Assembly: GCA_040904625.1 (NCBI GenBank)
Contig: JBBDTC010000061.1
Coordinates: forward strand, 1 to 51,897
Direction: 5' to 3'
DNA length: 51,897 nt
From: Gammaproteobacteria bacterium
Lineage (GTDB): Bacteria; Pseudomonadota; Gammaproteobacteria; Ga0077536
Shown here: piece by piece, positions 48,587-51,897 of the stretch
Numbering within the stretch: position 1 is the first letter of the stretch
Layout of the letters: every line of letters starts with the position of its first letter
Notes under the pieces: model-generated
Told to the model about the DNA's origin: nothing
What the model saw: the letters and a program-made list of their open reading frames with translations, nothing else
Databases searched by the model: none
Made by a program: the position numbers and the translations under genes

Positions 48587-50250
48587 ATGCGCTCACGGTA
48601 CAGAACCTGGTGGTTGTGCTCGAGATCGACGTCGAATTCGCGCCGGGTCTCAGCGTACTGACCGGCGAAACCGGCGCCGGAAAATCGATTCTGATCGAGG
48701 CGCTCGCCCTCGCGCTCGGTGAGCGCGCCGACAGCCAGATGGTTCGCACCGGCGCGGATCGCGCCAGCGTCACCGCGCGCTTCGACATCGCGGACAATGA
48801 CGTGGTCAACGCGTTCCTGCGTGCTCACGATCTGACCGCAGAGGACGAATGCCTGCTCAGGCGCGTGGTCTCCCGCGACGGTCGTTCGCGTGCCTACTGC
48901 AACGGCACCCCGATCGCCGTCCACACCCTGCGTGAACTCGGCGCGCTGCTGGTCGACGTCCACTCCCAACACGCCAGCCACCGCCTGCTCGAACGCGACC
49001 GGCAGCGAGAGCTGCTCGATGCCTATGGCAATCTCGACCAGGAACTGGCGGATGTCGCCGCCGCGCACGGCGACTGGAAAACGGCCGCAGAGGCACTCGC
49101 CACCCTCGAACACGACGGCGAAGACCGCGCCCGGTTCGAACTATTGCGCTACCAGGTCGACGAACTGGCTGGCGCCAAACTCGATGCGGACGAACTCGGC
49201 ACCATAGAGAATGAACACAAGCGGCTGGCCAACAGCGCAACCATGCTCGAGCACTGTGCCGCCGTCAGTCACGCCCTGGACGATGACGAGGCGGGCGCGA
49301 TGCGTGCTGTGGAGATCGCACTGCAGAGCGTTCGGGCTCTCGAACGCCTCACACCCGTTGCCGCCAATCTGCGGGTGCTACTGGAGCAGGCTGGCGTCGC
49401 CATCGACGAAGCCCACGGTGAACTCCAGCGCCTCGAACGCGACTGCGCCGCGGATCCGGCACGCCTGGAGGCGATCGACCGGCGCCTCGGCGAACTCCAT
49501 ACACTGGCGCGCAAACACCAGGTGTCCTTGACCGACCTCGCACGACGCGCTGATGAACTGGCAGCCGAACTCGGTGAGCTCGAGAGTCGCTCGGGCGATA
49601 TCGATCAATTGCGCTTGCGTCGCGACGAGGCGCGCCGCCACTACGATGACGCCAGCGCGCGTTTGACCACGGCGCGACAGCAGGCCGCCAAGGCCATGAA
49701 TGCCGAGATCACGGCGCGGCTGCGCGATCTCGGCATTCCGCATGCGCAGTTCGCCGTCCAGCTCAGCACCTCCACGGCAACCAATCCGCAAGCGCACGGA
49801 CGGGACCGCATCGAATTCTCAGTCACGACCAATCCGGAACTCGCGCCCGGCCCGCTGAACAAGGTTGCCTCGGGCGGCGAGCTCTCGCGCATCGGTTTGG
49901 CGATACAAGCGGCGACTGCCGGGCGCAGCGGTGTGCCCGTAGTCGTCTACGACGAGGTCGATACAGGCATAGGCGGTACCACCGCCAACGTAGTCGGGCG
50001 CAACCTGCGCGAGGTCGCGGCGCATTGCCAGGTCATCTGCATCACCCATTCACCGCAGGTGGCGAGCGCCGGCGAGCATCATTACCTGGTATCGAAGGAG
50101 GTCGTGGACGGGCAAGCGGAAACGCGGCTCGAGGCCTTGAGCAGAAAAGCGCGCGAGAGCGAGATCGCGCGCATGCTCGGTGCGGAACAGGCGACGACCC
50201 CCAGCCTGCAGCACGCAAGGGACCTGTTGGCGCAGGCGGCGCGCGGCTGA
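48580..50250 (+). CDS. recN: DNA repair protein RecN
   Basis: Preferred TTG at 48580 (M)LNALTVQNLVVVLEIDVEFAPGLSVLTGETGAGKSIL, giving about 556 aa and overlapping the nadK end by 7 nt. The track ORF begins at 48475 inside nadK. Walker A and an SMC-like coiled coil are present. Confidence 0.94.
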   Translation: MLNALTVQNLVVVLEIDVEFAPGLSVLTGETGAGKSILIEALALALGERADSQMVRTGADRASVTARFDIADNDVVNAFLRAHDLTAEDECLLRRVVSRDGRSRAYCNGTPIAVHTLRELGALLVDVHSQHASHRLLERDRQRELLDAYGNLDQELADVAAAHGDWKTAAEALATLEHDGEDRARFELLRYQVDELAGAKLDADELGTIENEHKRLANSATMLEHCAAVSHALDDDEAGAMRAVEIALQSVRALERLTPVAANLRVLLEQAGVAIDEAHGELQRLERDCAADPARLEAIDRRLGELHTLARKHQVSLTDLARRADELAAELGELESRSGDIDQLRLRRDEARRHYDDASARLTTARQQAAKAMNAEITARLRDLGIPHAQFAVQLSTSTATNPQAHGRDRIEFSVTTNPELAPGPLNKVASGGELSRIGLAIQAATAGRSGVPVVVYDEVDTGIGGTTANVVGRNLREVAAHCQVICITHSPQVASAGEHHYLVSKEVVDGQAETRLEALSRKARESEIARMLGAEQATTPSLQHARDLLAQAARG

Positions 50251-50273
50251 ACGGTACAGGCAGGGCCAGCTCG

Positions 50274-50693
50274 TCAGTCTGCTTTACCACTCCCCGGGCG
50301 CGGGCGCACGTAGAGTACGAGACTGTGTTCCATCAATTCGTAGCCGTGTGCGGCGACGACTTCACGCTGCCGGCGTTCGATCTCTTCATCGTAGAATTCG
50401 ATGACTTCGCCGGTATCGGTGCGCACCATGTGATCGTGGTGATCGTCCTGGGCCATTTCGAACACGGCGTGTCCACCGTCGAAATTATGGCGCTGCACCA
50501 ACCCCGCGGCTTCGAACTGGGTCAGCACGCGATAGATAGTTGCCAGGCCGACGTCGTCTCCGGCTTCGATCAACGCCTTGTAGACGTCTTCGGCGCTCAG
50601 ATGATGGTCGCGCGATTTATCGAGAATCTCGAGTATGCGGAGGCGCGGGAGGGTGGCCTTGAGCCCGGCTTTCTTGAGTTCCTGCGTGTCCAT
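50274..50693 (-). CDS. fur: ferric uptake regulator Fur
   Basis: Preferred ATG at 50693 (MDTQELKKAGLKATLPRLRILEIL, 139 aa). Metal-site motif HHDH. The longest ORF reaches 50762. Confidence 0.93.
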   Translation of the reverse strand: MDTQELKKAGLKATLPRLRILEILDKSRDHHLSAEDVYKALIEAGDDVGLATIYRVLTQFEAAGLVQRHNFDGGHAVFEMAQDDHHDHMVRTDTGEVIEFYDEEIERRQREVVAAHGYELMEHSLVLYVRPRPGSGKAD

Positions 50694-50887
50694 GAGTCCT
50701 GTCAGATTTAGGTGGCGGGGATTAGTGCGCAGGATAGCACCTTCGCGGCGACTACGAGGCATGTGCTAAGATCGGCCCCGCTCACGGATTCGCGTCCAGG
50801 GCCGCAGAATCCACTACATCCAGTGTGCTTAATTCGCGGCCGAATATTTCGCCAACTTGCCGCCAGGGCTTGCCCGTCCAGACTCCA

Positions 50888-51682
50888 ATGCACCACCACC
50901 CCACTATCGTCGTTCTCGTTCTCGCATCACTGCTGGTACTGGGCGGCTGTTCGGGCTCCGGCATACCCGGGCTGAGCCGCTTGCCGAGCCCCCGTGATCT
51001 GCCGTTCATACACAAAATCGACATCCAGCAGGGCAACGTCATCACTCAGGACATGCTCGCCCAGCTGACCCCGCAGATGGACAAGAAAAAGGTGCTGTTC
51101 ATCATGGGATCGCCCATAATCGAGGACACTTTCAACGCCGAACGCTGGGATTACATTTATACATTCGAACCGGGCGGCGGCGATCCCGAACGGCGCCTCA
51201 TCACACTCTATTTCAAAGACGACAAGCTCGATCGTGTCGGCGGCGACGTGACGCCGGCAGAAGCGCCCCTGGTGGCGACCCTGCACCACGACACCACCGT
51301 CGACGTACCGAAATTCAAGAAAAAAAGCGTCCTGACAAAAATCAAGGACACCCTGCCATTCGTCGAAGAATCGAAATACGAAATCGCCGATGAGGAAGAC
51401 GAGCAAGCCGAGGACGGCAAGCTCGCACGGAACGACAACCTGCCCACACAGGCCGAAGCCAAACCGTATTCGCGCAGCCCTTATGCCGACCTTCAGGCCG
51501 CTCCGGGTGAGGGTGTCGTCGTCCCGCCGGATGCTCCGAAACACGGTCGCAAGCGCGGCTTCTTCGGCACTTTGCTCGGCAGCATCGGCCTTGCCGAAGA
51601 AACCGATGAAATCGACGAAGAAAGCGACGCCACCCCGGTCGACCCGCGTTTCCGCGACGTTCGCGATCCGATCGAGCGTTGA
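50888..51682 (+). CDS. bamE: outer membrane protein assembly factor BamE (SmpA/OmlA lipoprotein) with a long C-terminal extension
   Basis: Preferred ATG at 50888. Lipobox LVLGGC. SmpA/OmlA core IDIQQGNVITQDMLAQLTPQMDKKKVLFIMGSP...WDYIYTF. Divergent from fur, as in Pseudomonas (fur-omlA). Confidence 0.85.
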   Translation: MHHHPTIVVLVLASLLVLGGCSGSGIPGLSRLPSPRDLPFIHKIDIQQGNVITQDMLAQLTPQMDKKKVLFIMGSPIIEDTFNAERWDYIYTFEPGGGDPERRLITLYFKDDKLDRVGGDVTPAEAPLVATLHHDTTVDVPKFKKKSVLTKIKDTLPFVEESKYEIADEEDEQAEDGKLARNDNLPTQAEAKPYSRSPYADLQAAPGEGVVVPPDAPKHGRKRGFFGTLLGSIGLAEETDEIDEESDATPVDPRFRDVRDPIER

Positions 51683-51686
51683 CTAA

Positions 51687-51844
51687 GGGCCCGCCGCAAA
51701 ATAACTCAACGATCTGGAACGCCGATCCATCCCGTCTGGCGGCGTTGCTCGTCCGTTGAATAGAACCACTATTCGCCCTCCTCGCGCCTTGCCAGCCGGG
51801 CGCCTCGACGCCCCAAATCGCCCCGTTATTTCGCGGCGGACCCC
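51687..51844. repeat. imperfect 19-bp inverted repeat enclosing about 120 nt with three internal hairpins
   Basis: Left arm GGGCCCGCCGCAAAATAAC (51687-51705) against GTTATTTCGCGGCGGACCCC (51825-51844), with 2 mismatches. Internal stems lie at about 51718-51746, at 51757-51773 (GAATAG-AACCA-CTATTC) and at about 51798-51813. Confidence 0.5.
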
Positions 51845-51897
51845 AGGGCCTGTTGATCTTTCATTGTTCGGTGCTGTTGCCCCTGTAAGGAGGCCAA

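Noticed and set aside
50694-50887. Fur box in the fur / bamE divergent promoter region
   Set aside because: No sequence resembles GATAATGATAATCATTATC, and the region is GC-rich without AT-rich hexamer repeats.

Overview
GC-rich proteobacterial (gammaproteobacteria-like synteny) chromosome segment. It consists almost entirely of tightly packed, conserved housekeeping genes, most on the minus strand. Three well-known synteny blocks sit side by side. Block 1 is ispD-ftsB-eno-kdsA-pyrG, with divergent fhs. Block 2 is metZ-purF-cvpA-dedD-folC-accD-trpA-trpB-trpF-truA-fimV-asd-leuB, with divergent dapC-dapD. Block 3 is glmM-ftsH-rlmE-greA-carB-carA-(Gfo/Idh/MocA oxidoreductase)-dapB-dnaJ-dnaK-grpE-hrcA, followed by nadK-recN, fur and bamE. 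Between blocks 1 and 2 lie a SIMPL periplasmic protein, a group II PLP decarboxylase, a Prx5-type peroxiredoxin and a hydroxyacid dehydrogenase plus class V aminotransferase pair. The only clearly accessory patch is about 1.5 kb (11752-13209), carrying a ParD/ParE toxin-antitoxin pair and a frameshifted RHS/YD-repeat relic. I found no convincing novel multi-gene system such as a defence island, CRISPR array, prophage or integron, and I say so plainly. The most unusual unexplained sequence is a densely nested repeat and palindrome element in the fhs/SIMPL convergent spacer (6474-6695). Smaller items worth a second look are a structured inverted-repeat region at the right edge (51687-51844), a weak SAM-II-like pseudoknot candidate in the long purF-metZ spacer, a textbook sigma-32 promoter in front of dnaK, an attenuator-like hairpin abutting carA, and a BamE with a long acidic tail. 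Many long ORFs in the six-frame track are antisense artefacts of the high GC content. Several true genes start well inside the longest ORF, and I give my preferred starts.
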